A stretch of 64,000 bases of DNA, taken from positions 1 to 64,000 of the forward strand of contig KZ538683.1 of the NCBI GenBank assembly GCA_000934665.2, given 5' to 3'. Position numbers and translations under genes: made by a program. The stretch's first letter is position 1, and each line of letters begins with the position of its first letter. The notes under the pieces are model-generated. The model saw nothing but the letters and a program-made list of their open reading frames with translations, was not told where the DNA came from and searched no databases. Positions 49,801 to 62,930 of the stretch are shown here, piece after piece. The DNA is from Catajapyx aquilonaris (Eukaryota).

Positions 49801-52800
49801 GCCGGCAGGAGGTGGCTGTGATGGGGGTTCATGTCCAGCAGAGCCAACAAATTAAAGACGCGAGGAGCCGAGGGACGGGACTCGTAAGTGTCTGGGTAGA
49901 ATAGCTGACAAGCTGTTACATCAGAGTTTATGTATGCTGTATCCTCGGCTCTATCTACCATGGCCAACTCTGGCTACTCAGCAGCTGCTTTGCCGGCCAA
50001 GGGATATAGGTTGCTTCAGTTCGTGGCGGGGTCAACATGCGGCTGGTGTTGTAATCAGTAAATGTCGGTTTCGTGGACCGGTGAGTGTCACGTGTCACGA
50101 TCAAAGGCGACTCCAATTGGAATTAAATTCTCCTTTGAGGGTGTGGTTCTTGGAAGCGGCTGCAGGCATGGAAGCCCTGGGATATATACTGAAAGGGAGC
50201 CACACCTTGCCGTCTTGACTGCTGCTGGAGCCAACCTCCTTTCAGTCACCGGCCTTATCAGATGTCAACTTCGGGATGATAGGAGGGGACTCGTGCGGAT
50301 ATGCTCTCATTTTCTTAGTGCTGATGCCAGCACTTCAGGAAACCGACCAGCTTTCTGTGGCCATTGTGATAGAGGGAGTCTCTGTAAGAAAAAAATCGCT
50401 TATTCGCTGCAGTGTTCAGCTTTCAGAAGTCATATTGATCACTTACAGCAAATAAGAGTCGTGATAATATTGTTGTACATCAGACTTGTTTATTTCCACT
50501 TTGTCAGAGCGGACTTGATGGGCAAAAATTGATACGTCTGATGTGATGGAGCGCATTTTTACGAGGGATCGCTACAAGTGGTATACAGAAGCAGTCATAT
50601 TACAATTACTGTATATAAATCTGTGAGATGAATCCATCTCTAATTTCTAGGACTGATAAATGTGACTTCTGCACGATGTAACAGTTACAGTGCGTTGCGG
50701 CGAAGAAAGTGAAGGCAAAACGTATAGGCCAGTGTCTTAGGTATACATCACTGGTTTCCAAACTTCTCCCACGAACGTCTTCTCGAGTTACCCAGTATAT
50801 ATAGGCTGGGTCTGTAGTAAACTGACATCAAGAGGAATTATTTCACTATGTTAGTTCCTTTCAGCCATATCTACTCAGATCACGCTCCTGCAATAATGAA
50901 GGTAGTTTGGAACATAACTCGAAATGTTGTTATTCGACCTTCCCGTCATTTTAAAATCTGTTTTGCACGAGGTCTTTGATAAACCTCCTTGCAAACGATC
51001 TTATTGAATTAATGAATTTAGGCTCTAACTCGATGTAGGGTAACCCCCCCGTCTTGGGCCTCTTCTATTCCCAAATAAGGCTGTCAAAATATTATCCCAT
51101 GAATAATTCAAATAGCACCATTTCTGTCCTTTGTGTGCCACTGCATCAGGAATATTTTTATTCATGAACCCCGTGGTATCGCTTAACAAGAATTTGAAAA
51201 CCCCTTATAATAAGAATTGTGTTTCAGCTAACGAGGTATTAAAAGCGCTATCGAATCGTTTAAAAATAAACTTTCTGTACAGTATATATAAGTGTTTTTC
51301 GAACGAATTATCAGCGTGAGCGAGAATTGGCATTCACGCTTTCGCTATACCGCCGTTTCTCGCCAGTGGGACCGTATCACGACCTTCCACTGTTTCGACG
51401 TTTGACATTACGACTGCGATGCAATTTTGACCAGGTAGTCAAATATTGCGTGTTTTTTTTTTGTTCTTTTGTTTTTTGTCCTGCAGCGCAGCGCCCCCTC
51501 AAAAACGCAAGGAGCGAAGCGAATGAATTGCCATTTGTATACCGCATTATCATCAACTCGAGTGTGAGCTGATATAGGAGAGGCGATAGCGCAATTGATC
51601 GCCCGGTTTCGTTTCAGGTGCAAGTGGGCTTAGCGCCAAGTACATTTTATTTACAATTACTAGGGACTTTGTCATACATAATGAAGGAAACCTTTGGGCA
51701 GGAGAGTGACGGGCGGCTCCCGATTTTGCGATTTTCCTCCCCCGCCAGCACAATACCCCTCCTGCCGGCTATAATTACGCTTTTACTTGGATGGCAAAAT
51801 ACTGTAATTCATCGCGAGGTGACCACCCTCTCTAATTAAAAACGGAAGGTGCTCTCCATGCATGTACACATGTATAAGTAATTAGTGGTCGAGAGAGAGG
51901 GGGGGGGAACGGGGGTGAGGGTAGAGTGAGAGAGAGAGAGCAGAGCGCAGCATGAAGAGATGTGCTGGCCTACATGGGCGTATCGATTGTGTGTCTGGAG
52001 GGGGGGTGGGGGGTGGCGTCGGCTGGGGTGGGAGGCAAGGGGGGGGGGGGTAGTGGAGGAAAAGGGGGGTGCGGACTTACTACCCCTAGGGCTCCCAGGA
52101 TAGTGTCCCAAAGGGGGTCCCAAGGGGATCCCAGGGCAACCATGGGCGGCCCCGGGGTCCTTTCCACAGCTTCCTCGTACCTTGATCGCCTTCGTGTCCC
52201 CACCCCCACCCCCAGTAGTTGCCAGGCATCCCCTTCGGAGCCGCCACTAATCCACCTAACTTTGCTTGATTTTATTTTTTTGGGACCTCCTAAAAAGGGA
52301 AGATTCTTTTATGGGAAAAATTGGGGGCTGTGGAAATCAGGTTAAGTGGCTCGTGGGAACGCAGCATTTTAGTGACAGCTTTCAAATACTTGGATCCAAT
52401 AAGACTTGGGGGAATAAAAGTGAGGCGATGTGGAGATGACACAATTGACGTCATCCATCAATCGGGTCGTTTTAGTATGGGTCAGTGCACCTGTCATTCG
52501 CATGTGGGCTGGAGAGTCTGATGATTCGGATTGTGGACGTGTTTTACATACCGGCACATGATATTATCATAATGTAATTGAGATTTTACAAGACCGCTCT
52601 GTGGGAATCACTCATATATCAACTATTTACTGCGACGTACTCCCTTTTTTTAGCGAGGGGGGGGNGGGGAATCAATTTTTATTCAGGACGGTGTCATTTG
52701 CCACCAAACATTTTGCGGGCGTGTATAGTGGGATAAAAAATTGAGGTTTCTCATACACGGCTATATACGAGTGGTACTTGGATCGGACCGGTTTTAAAAA

Positions 52801-55800
52801 TCGGTTTTGACAGTCTGAGTCAATATTGTGATTGTGACTTATTTACGACTATAGCATCATCAAATCTGACCTATAAATGTATAGGCCTTGGTTCGTGCAA
52901 ATGTGTTTGCATTTTTGGAGTTTTTGTTATAATTCTAAGGTCAGGTCTGGCCGATCTGGCGGGGTTGAAAGTCAACATAAGCGAGATAAAGTTGGATAAC
53001 GTTAAAAGCATCAGTTATCACTGTGATGATGAACCAATGGACATGAGTAGTTTTTTTTGTGCAGGCCGGAATATACCTGCATGTTTGTCTGTCACTTGAA
53101 CTTGTCATAATTGCGTGCAGCGAGACCCAAAGAGACCCGTGTTTGCACTTCACTATGATTGATGTGGTAGAATGGGCGCTGCTGTATTTTTGAAAACTGA
53201 GGCTCTGGCAAATAAATTTTACGCTGCCAGTTAGATAACTTTTATGGCTCTGTAAATATGGAAGGGTATACAGTGCCGAGTATTTCCGCTCGTAATAAGC
53301 ATACGGTGAAAACAATTTCAAAACGTGATTTTTCCCCCCCGCTTTATGCGTATCGCATCTCTTTATCGGCTGTTGTTGGGGATCTTTTGGGGTGCACTGT
53401 ATAAGCCCTCGAGGAACATGTAATTATTAAATTTTGCTCAGGCGATATTACATAGGGCGAACAATGTCATTCCCATAAAAATGCAGCTCACCGCATCAGC
53501 ATATCATTCCCTACATATTTGATAAATCCAGCAGGCCGCGTGGGAACATAAACACTTTAATATGATAATAATTTCAAAACTGGTTAGCGATCATTTCCAT
53601 AAACCAACTGTGTTTTATGCAGCATCATTTCCTGCATTTTTTTCCCCCCATCCCTGTTGTCGCCGAGCAAATTCCTTTGGCCAGGTGCGATAGGAAATAT
53701 AATTGCTAGCGGGGAATGAATGAACGTGATTTGATACACTCCGACTGCGAGGGATATAATGATGTGGTCGCCATAATGCGCAAGCGACGACAGCTGTCGA
53801 GGAAGCCGAGTCTTATGACATGTCCTGCAGACGGGCTGCTGTCGAATTGAGACCGCGACGAGAGGAGCAGACCTCGTAAAACTAGGCAAGGCCAAATTTA
53901 GTGCAGGTTTTTATTGGCCGCCCTTGGCCCAACTTGGGTTCTGGTTGCGTTGTCCTATAGAACAGTTCCCGCCGCTTCTGGTTTATGCCTGATTAAGCGA
54001 GCCAGGGAAATGCCGGCCATACACACTCCTGAAGTCTCTTGGGCGAATCTTCGAGCTCAGTGATGTTTGCATTCGAAAGGCTGCCGCACGTGAGACCAGC
54101 ATTCCTTCCGGGAAGGCATCCCAATAGGAAGCCAAGACTGGATTTATTTTGGCCTCGTTTGGGTCCGAAAACGGGGGCTGGGTTGGGCTGGGAAGAGCGG
54201 GGAAGCATCACGTCATGTTCCCGTGACGTTTTGCGATTCATTGGCCAAAATAATATTCCCTGGTCTTAATAACTCGGGCACCTGCTGCTTGAATGTGAAT
54301 TGGGGGGGGGGAGGGTGCGCACGGGGAAAGATTATTGAGTTCCAATAGGTCCAAGTGAAACCATTTCATAGGGGAGGTACGTAGCGAGGGCTTCGTTTTT
54401 ATAATGGCCTGTAGTGCATGTCGTGAAAAGCGAATTCGGGGCCTGTTCGGTTCAAGCCTGAAAATTCACTTTAGTCGGTTCTTAACGTCGAGGAGAATTA
54501 CTGATCGAGTCAGATTTTTTGAAATATTCATACGGAACATTTTGGTGTGCGCGCCGTGTCTTGTGTGATGGCCGATTTTGTTAATGCTATTTGAAAACTG
54601 GTCCTGCGTCTTGCCTGTTAAACATCTGTTTCTGATGGCATTATTTTGCACAATTTAAAGAGTTAATAGTACTGTACATCACCATTGATACAGGAGGAAA
54701 ATGTCTGTATTATTTTAGATTGGTGTAATTTGCAATGTTTCGCATTATTATTCGGTGTACTGGAACCGTAGAAGTTTCTGTGTAAGGCTGATATTTTGGT
54801 ATCTTGATCAGTAGTCGATTATAATTTTTCACACATATGGGAATATACAGTATATCATGCGGAGGTCGGTTTTGTGTATTTTGTCATCTTTAAGAGTCGG
54901 AAAGAATTGCTGAAGGAGTTTTGTTATGATTTATGTTGATTTTATGTACAAGCCGTATAAGTTATAGGCAAATGCCCAAGACCTTGTAGCAAAACCATCA
55001 TGGTAGATGATAGTTATAAAAAAATGTTTGGCATATAACTACACTAACATTCCCAAAGACAAGAGGATGCAATATGTTTAGGATGATAGTGGATTGATTT
55101 GTCATTAACGGGTCCTCTCTTGATATCCTGAGAAACATATCAATTCTGAGTCCCAGCAACCTGATGTCAGAGAGAACTCAGTATGCAATATGCATGGTCT
55201 GACTTTATCTGCTTAATTATCATCTGCTTCCTGTATTATATCGATGTCCACTGTCCGGTAAACTAATGGCATGGGGCTCACTGCTCTATTTGTGTGTCAC
55301 AGACTTCGGTTGTGATGTGTAGTATATTATATGAGTGAGTGTGAGAGGTTTCGTTTTCCCCTCCAAAAGCCAAAATTAAAATACACTGCACCTATATGTT
55401 CTATTTAAGAATCGTCGATTGATATGCAGAGTGTTTTTCTGTATAGACATTCCGGAAGTGTGGCAAAGGTGTAAATTTGATCCGGGGTTAGTCGCCTTTG
55501 GAGCCGGTTTCGAGTTCCAACAGGGACGATGCGGCATTCATATCTGCATTCGTAGGTACCGGGATTGGAATGCTGGTGCCTGACTTGTGAGATGGCCACA
55601 CAAAGGCGGAGAGAGAAGCGCCCAGCACTGTACAGGGCCAGGAAAACCCAGTCAATGGCTGTTCAGGTGGTAAAAACCGATTTAGTCTGTTCCCTTGGGC
55701 GGCGCCATATTGGGGTCTCATGGGCGATGGAAGGAATTCCCCCCACCACTCGCCGATATCCGATAAACCTTCCAACACAAATGCATCTTGTAGCCGTATC

Positions 55801-57807
55801 ACTGTCGAATGCGTTCCTGGGCTGGTAACAAGGCAAATATTTAACAAGCTGTTTTTTTTCCCCCCCTTCCGTTTCCGCCTGTTAAACCGGCAGTTATCCT
55901 AAGTGGCGGAATTAAGGGCATTTTGGACCTGGGCGAAAGATGTACCGGGTACTTTTGCGACGTGACATTTCTGTTGGACTGCCTTACCGTGGCCCTTACG
56001 GACATACGCGGCCCTTTGGCCGGTTCATCCGCACTATAGTACAGTACACTATAACGGACGGGTGGTATCAACTCAAAATGAGAAAAACTTCTGAGTATAT
56101 GTTGGATTATACATTGTAAATATCTGGACGTAATCGTGGATGTTCCCTAAGCTTTTAGGAACCTGCCCTAACAGGTTATTCACAAAGTGTAGGTACACAG
56201 TCAGGTACAGTACACTTTTAGGACAAAAGCTACAGATTCTTCTCACGAAATCGATAGAATGATGTTGGTTATTGAGAGCAAAATATGGGATATTGTCCGA
56301 AAAATAGGCGACTTTTGCCGACTCCTCTGTCGTGTTTTTCGTAAGAGATCAACGAATGTAGGACTGTGAATGAAGGCGCGATCTTTTACTTTTACAGGAT
56401 ACTTTTACTGGATTTTTATTAGCAATGAGATTATATATAAATATACAAATTTTAGTGAAATATTCACAAAGGTTTTTGTTACAGTACTACAGCGCTATAC
56501 GGCTATCAGAAGAAAGCAGAAATAATTTGCAATCATGTAACATACAAATGTGTATCTTCCAGGTTTGACGATGAATGCTCTTATAGTGCGTCCAAGCAGT
56601 CAAATTGCAAAGTAATTTGAAGATGTTCCAACAACCTGACATTTTGTTCACTGAATTCTTCACCGGAAAACTGTTCGCACAACCGCATATCTCCTTCCCT
56701 GTTACCCCGCCAAGTGCTTTCCACCACTGCATTTTATTCCTTTAGTAGGCCTACATGTCTATAGCTTTCCTGGGGCGTGAAGTACAGTGCCAGTAACTTC
56801 TAAAATCTCGTTGCAAATTTAATGCTGCTATTAAATTGTAATGAAAGTGCAACGCGCTGTCTCATTTTAATGGTCTTTTATCCACTTTATTATTAACGGA
56901 TTGTGCTGGACTGATTGAGTGCAAATTATTTACGTCTACCTCAAGGGGGATCAGAAGGCAAAATGAAAATGAGTGCTTAGATATGTGGATTGTGTTCACT
57001 ATACAATGCTCGAAACTCATTTTTCAGGAAAACTTTAAATTATTAATCCTTAATTTGAGTTGATGCTACCGGCCTTTAGGCTTCTTGCGATATGCCAATT
57101 CTAAATAACCCTGTTGTTAATTTTAGCGATTTCAGCTTCATTACAGAGATAATCATGCTAATTTGGTATGCTACACATAGAGCATTAGGCGAACCATGTA
57201 GCACGGGTGGTTAGGAATGAAGTAACCCGCAGGATGACCTGTATTACGTGTATGACAACAATAATATTACCACGCGATGTAGCTCCGTTATGAAGCCGAA
57301 ATGCCCGAAATCAACTATCGCTTTTTTATGGTCTTGGAATATCGCATGGACTAAGTTCGATAATGCGAACCTTTTTTATTTTCATCTGTATTTCCGAGAC
57401 GTGCTGTTATACATCAGATTCTACACTTTACATTTATTCTATAAGCTCCGGTGCAATTTATATATATAAAAAAAGAAGAATTTCTTGTACCTATTCACCC
57501 TACTTTCATATTTACCCCGTCCTATACCCTGATGGATTCCTCAATATTCTCGTAGGATGGGAACGTTTGAAGCACATTGCAAGGCTTCATTGAATCAATA
57601 TTAGCGCGCTGATGAGAACTTCATGAAAAAGTACATCTCAGTTGTGATAACGAAAGGGCCGACGTGCCATATTGCATGTGGAAGTTAATGCACAGTGTTC
57701 ATATTTTAGGGTCGAAAATACTTACCTGTATAAAGAACCTTATAATCGTTTAAGCAGTGTAACGTGCAATACATGTATATAGACAGAGTCGCCATGAATT
57801 GAATATA

Positions 57808-58369
57808 CAGGGTGCTCAAAAACTCGCGGAAAGTCGCCAGGTAGCCTGATAGGACTCGCAAAACTAATATAGGGATGTGGAAGTAGTTTTGGGCTAACTT
57901 GCATAGTTTTTGCGTACGACGCCTTCAAGATTTCGGCAGATTCATGACGTCACATCCGCCTTGAGGCCCCCACTGCGTCATCATACATGTTGTTGTGGCT
58001 GTTGCCATTGGCACTGATTATTGGTGCGAATATTGTCAACTGTGATTGTTGAGAAATAAACAACGATTTCAGTCTGGCAATTGTCGACTGGCCACAGATA
58101 CAAGCTGAAATCGTTGTTTATTTCTCAACAATCACAGTTGACAATATTCGCAACAATAATCAGTGCCAATGGCAACAGCCACAACAACATGTAATGATGA
58201 CGCAATGGGGCCTCAAGGCGGATGTGACGTCATGAAACTGCCGAAATCTTGAAGGCGTCGTACGCAAAAACTATGCAAGTTAGCCCAAAACTACTTCCAC
58301 ATCCCTATATTAGTTTTGCGAGTCCTATCAGGCTACCTGGCGACTTTCCGCGAGTTTTTGAGCACCCTG
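57808..58369. mobile_element. Tc1/mariner-type foldback MITE, near-perfect palindrome
   Basis: TA|CAGGGTGCTCAAAAACTCGCGG ... CCGCGAGTTTTTGAGCACCCTG|TA; arms about 265 bp, spacer about 30 nt. Confidence 0.93.
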
Positions 58370-60594
58370 TATACAAGTATAAAATTTAGTCAAGAATGCG
58401 GAATTGCAGGAACTTGCTTCACGGCCAACTTCTACTAAGTTGCTAGTCATGTTGTGTAGTCGAATAATATGAATTAATGAGTAACTTGTCATTTGGGAAA
58501 GTGTTGACTATATACATGGTTAAATGTGACTGAATAGTCCATGACTACTACAGGTGCTGTGTTAGTCAAGTACGATTAGATGTCCTTAGACACATCTGCC
58601 AACTTTTCGCCGAGATTAAAATTCTGAAGAAATGGGCCACTGTCACTGCCGCCGCTTTTGTATTCAGAGAGCAGTTTGTTGATTTGTGGAAAGGGGGACC
58701 CTGTACACAATTACGAATATGATAACCACTCTTTGGCCAGAAGCTTTGTCCCTGCTTATGTATAAAAATTCGAGGTATGAGATTGAAAAATCGGAAGATT
58801 GGTTTCTAATCGTTTCGAAAGTTAGTAAAGATTTGGTGTAAAACGTGAATAAGAGATTCTAACAGCTGTACGACCTTAAAGCACAATGACACTAATGGTG
58901 CAATATCTGTTTACGTAAAGTGAGAACTTCATTCGATTTTTAGCGAGGAACGTAAGGGAAATTGAGTCACAGGAATCAAAATGGGATCAAGTCTATCCTC
59001 ATTATTTCAGAGAAGTTCAGTATTGCGGGAATTCTCATTGCATCAGTGATCACACTGGATCGTAGGTGCTATACTCCCAAGCAGGGCAGATTAGCTGTAT
59101 CAGAATGTATCAAAGGTGATGAAGTCTCTTATAGGCTGTATCAACCACAGAGGGGGTGGTTCTCTAGTTAATGCTAATTTTCTGTGTAACGAATATGCGG
59201 AGACCAAATGACACCAGTGCGATCATAAAATAGGGATCATCTGGTGCCCATCAACTCCCAGTAGGAGTTTGCCTGTATCATTATGACAAATCACGGTCAT
59301 CCCACAATCGGAGTAAACCCACATCATTGAGCGGTGTGAAAAGGTAACAGAGGGCTACCTCTGTGGTTAGAACCCAAATTATGATGATGTGGCCACAAGT
59401 TGGTGCTGAATTGTAACCAGAAGATGTAAAATTCATGACAGATGCCTGTATATACCGGTATATGCTACATGCGAAGGTGAAGCATTTAAAGTGAAGGTAA
59501 AAGTTTGGGCGATGTACCCAACAATTTATGTCACACCTTTGTACTGTACTCATCAAAAGCTGGTTTGCCAAGGTTGTGGACGGGCTTTTCGTCCCTCTGC
59601 TGAAGTTAGCAGAAGCTGTCAACAGCAAGTAACTGTGGAAGCCCAGGAGAAATCTGATAGAAGAATCCTGTAGGAGAAGCATGTTTCTAGTATAGCGACT
59701 TATCAGAAGGACGAAAACTCTTATATTTTTGTCTTGAAATCGACATTGAAAAGCTTGGCTAACTGCATTTTTGGCGAATGGTATCATATAGCTTATTGTG
59801 ATATGAAATATAACTCTGAATCAGGCAGGCCAAAAGCCTATACACGTTATCCCCATAATACGTAACCCAAATAATATTTTGTATCATACGCGTGTAAATT
59901 ATTGCCCCCGGGTAAAATTCCACTGGAGCGGATAATTGGAACCTGTATACTTTTCACCAACAACAGATGAAAAGTTCAACAAGCTTCCACTGTAATGGTG
60001 TGCATTTCACCGCCATCTTGGGAGGTGGAGTCCAAATTTCATATTTGGGATAGTATACTCTGGCGACCGCCAAGCTAATGAGAAAACCTTTCCTGCGAAA
60101 GTTGTAGGGTACCGCTTCCGCAAGATGTAGTGTTCGTGTTCCGGAATTAAATTACTAGCAGCGAAAAGGAACCGAGATAATGAAGCTATGAATTGAATAG
60201 CCTGTATGAATCGCGGGGTAATTAGGTGGGGGCGATGAAAATAATCATCGTGACATTAAGTTGAGTAGGTTATACCATAATGAGGGCCAAATCACAATTT
60301 TTCACCGTTTTGCATCGGTGCAACGTATACATTTTCTGAGATTCCGGATTGCCAAGATATGAATTATTGATGCCATGTCGCAATATGGCAGTGAATGCAC
60401 CAGTGGGGATTCTCTGCTGGGACGTTGATATGTTGTGCATGTTATGAATAGGTAGGCCTACCTGCAGGATCCAATTTTCAGCTCTCTGGGAATTTTGTCC
60501 TGGTTGATATCAGATTTGGTCATATATCCGGGTAATCGAAGCCACTTCTCCGCAAAGAAAGCGACGATCTTGTGAGCGTAATAATAAAAGCGGG

Positions 60595-60597
<3 letters not shown>

Positions 60598-60656
<59 letters not shown>
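60598..60656. repeat. (AG)n microsatellite
   Basis: About 29 perfect AG units. Confidence 0.97.
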
Positions 60657-60659
<3 letters not shown>

Positions 60660-62805
60660 AAATCTTTTATTTAATCTTTACCGTGGAAGAAAACTAGTAA
60701 ATATTTCTCGCAAAACTGGCCATCATGTGAGCTACGATTTTAAAATGGCCAAAAATGGCCAAGCCTTTAGGAAGTAGTTTGTCAATTTTATCAATTCTAG
60801 ATCAGATCCGTCGTGATTGTCCAACCACCTACCTAATGTACTGCATGTTGTTCAGAAGGTTTATGTTTGATCAATTATTTGAGTAATTTACTGAGATAGT
60901 ATACCTTCTTTCACTCTTGGTTATCAGTTACTGAACATAACATTCTTAAGCGGCATGTCCTACAAGTATTGTAATTTTTCCCCCAGCTTACAGTTGCTAG
61001 ATACTATAGTCACAATAGCAAAATATGTTGCTCCTTGATATATGGAAACGTGACAATGTTGCTGTCACACAATGTTGAGTCACTATATGTGCAGTACTAG
61101 GTACTTATGTTTCAAGAACCGAATTGATCCACTTGTGAATCATGAGGGCAGTAATACTTACAGAGTGGCTGATTACGCTACCACTCTTGGTGCCCCACTT
61201 TAATTCTCTTTTATCTTACTTCCCCACCTCCGAAATGCCAAGTGGGCCGGGGATCAATTTTCACCTGTTAGGTGAGACGCAGGTTGGGAACGGTGGAGTA
61301 CCAGTTGTTTTAGCGTAGACAATAACAATGTAAGGTAAAGTAACACGCATACTTCAGCGGTAGTGGGGCATCTACATTTAGCTATCAACTTGCCTAATGA
61401 CCAGTTGTATGAATATGAGTTAAGGTTAACTACAAAGTTAGCTATCGTTTAGATATAGTCTAACTTGTTAAGTATAATAGCTACACACATACAAATACTT
61501 AGGCCAATTTCATTTTCGATATACTGTACAAGTATTGAACGCGAAAAGATGTCCATTCAACGGACACAACATAGGTCTAGTTGCAGCGAAATACGAAGAA
61601 AGTAACTTAACTATAGAGTTAACTTACTGTGTAAGAACTTCTACAAGACAGTATATCCAGAAGTGTAAGTAAATCCTGGCGATGCCAACCACTAGCCTGT
61701 GGTCCGCCTTATCTCCCCAGTATGCGGTTGCACCCAAATGGAAAGTTTGTTTTATACAGGGTGCCTAAAAGTCAACCAAGATTTGTACTGGCGGAAATAT
61801 CACGTCAAGTTGGAAGTGCTCAGTGGCATAGTGTATTGCCTGATGTGCACGTATATGAAGTCCATATAACAGGGTGGCCCATATTTATGTATATGACATT
61901 TCACAGGCTGTAAAATTTGAACCACTGTGCGTCAAGTATCGAAAGTAGCATCAATGTGTGACCTAAGATTGGGAGTAATAATCCGCTGCATCGCGAAAGG
62001 TTGTGATAGGGAATGGTGTTGAGAATCAATTGTTACTATACTGATATATGCAGGCTGACCAATTTGACTCAGGAGCGTGCACTAGATTTCCACTGATGCG
62101 GGTATGTTGTTTTTTTGGAACACATAAGGTGAAGCGGGACAAGTAGGAACACACTTTTGATAGATGGATTTAAAGTATACACGGGAGGCAGGTTATATGC
62201 ATATACTGCGCTACGCCGCGTCGCCTACTTGAGCATCCGCTGGTGGTCCTGGAACCAAACCCCCGCGGATACGGAGGCCCCCCTAGGAGGCCCCTTTGTA
62301 TATGCATACGAACTTCTTTTCAAATTAATTCACTACACAAGGTTAGTGTTAACATGGAATAAATGCAGCTTTATTAATGACACCATAGACTAGACAAGTG
62401 GTTTTGTTATGTTGAAACACGGTATGAGCAGGTGGTTCCATGTCAACCGTCCCCACCTACAAACAAAGCGGTTAAAATATTGTGGAATGTTTTGAGCGGG
62501 GTAAATAGTGACTGTGCTACTGTTTTCGGCACAAATGCAGCACTAACTGTGGTCGTGAAATTTTGAGAATTCGGGTGGTGGAGCCGAGGGATTCAATTGA
62601 ACGAATGTAACGTTACGAATTATATTTAACCTAAGCTATAATTTGCCTTAACTGTTGATTTAATAGAATTTTGCATTGTAAGGGATGGAGAACTTATCAT
62701 GAACCAAATGTTGCATATAGTGTTAAGTAATGTATTAAACAAGTACCCCTCTTCCTATATTCATTTGTAAAAGGAAATGTAAAATAAATGATATGGATTG
62801 ATTGA

Positions 62806-62930
62806 GGGCTAGTTTCACCAAGGCCGGTTTTGATAAAACCCCAGTTCTTTCGGAAAATCACTGCCAATAGTATAGGGATTTTACGAAAGAACCGGGGTTT
62901 TATCAAAACCGGGCTTGGTGAAACCGGCCC
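62806..62930. mobile_element. PIF/Harbinger-type palindromic MITE
   Basis: GGGCTAGTTTCACCAAG ... CTTGGTGAAACCGGCCC|TAA; same length (125 bp) and similar termini to 46739-46863. Confidence 0.85.

Noticed and set aside
40750..56247. About seven Su(H)/CSL-type YGTGRGAA sites in PLC introns
   Set aside because: Only modestly above chance for a degenerate 8-mer, with no paired-site arrangement.
57609..57640. CTGATGA...GAAA as a hammerhead ribozyme (also CTGACGA at 28090)
   Set aside because: Stems I-III could not be formed around the core.
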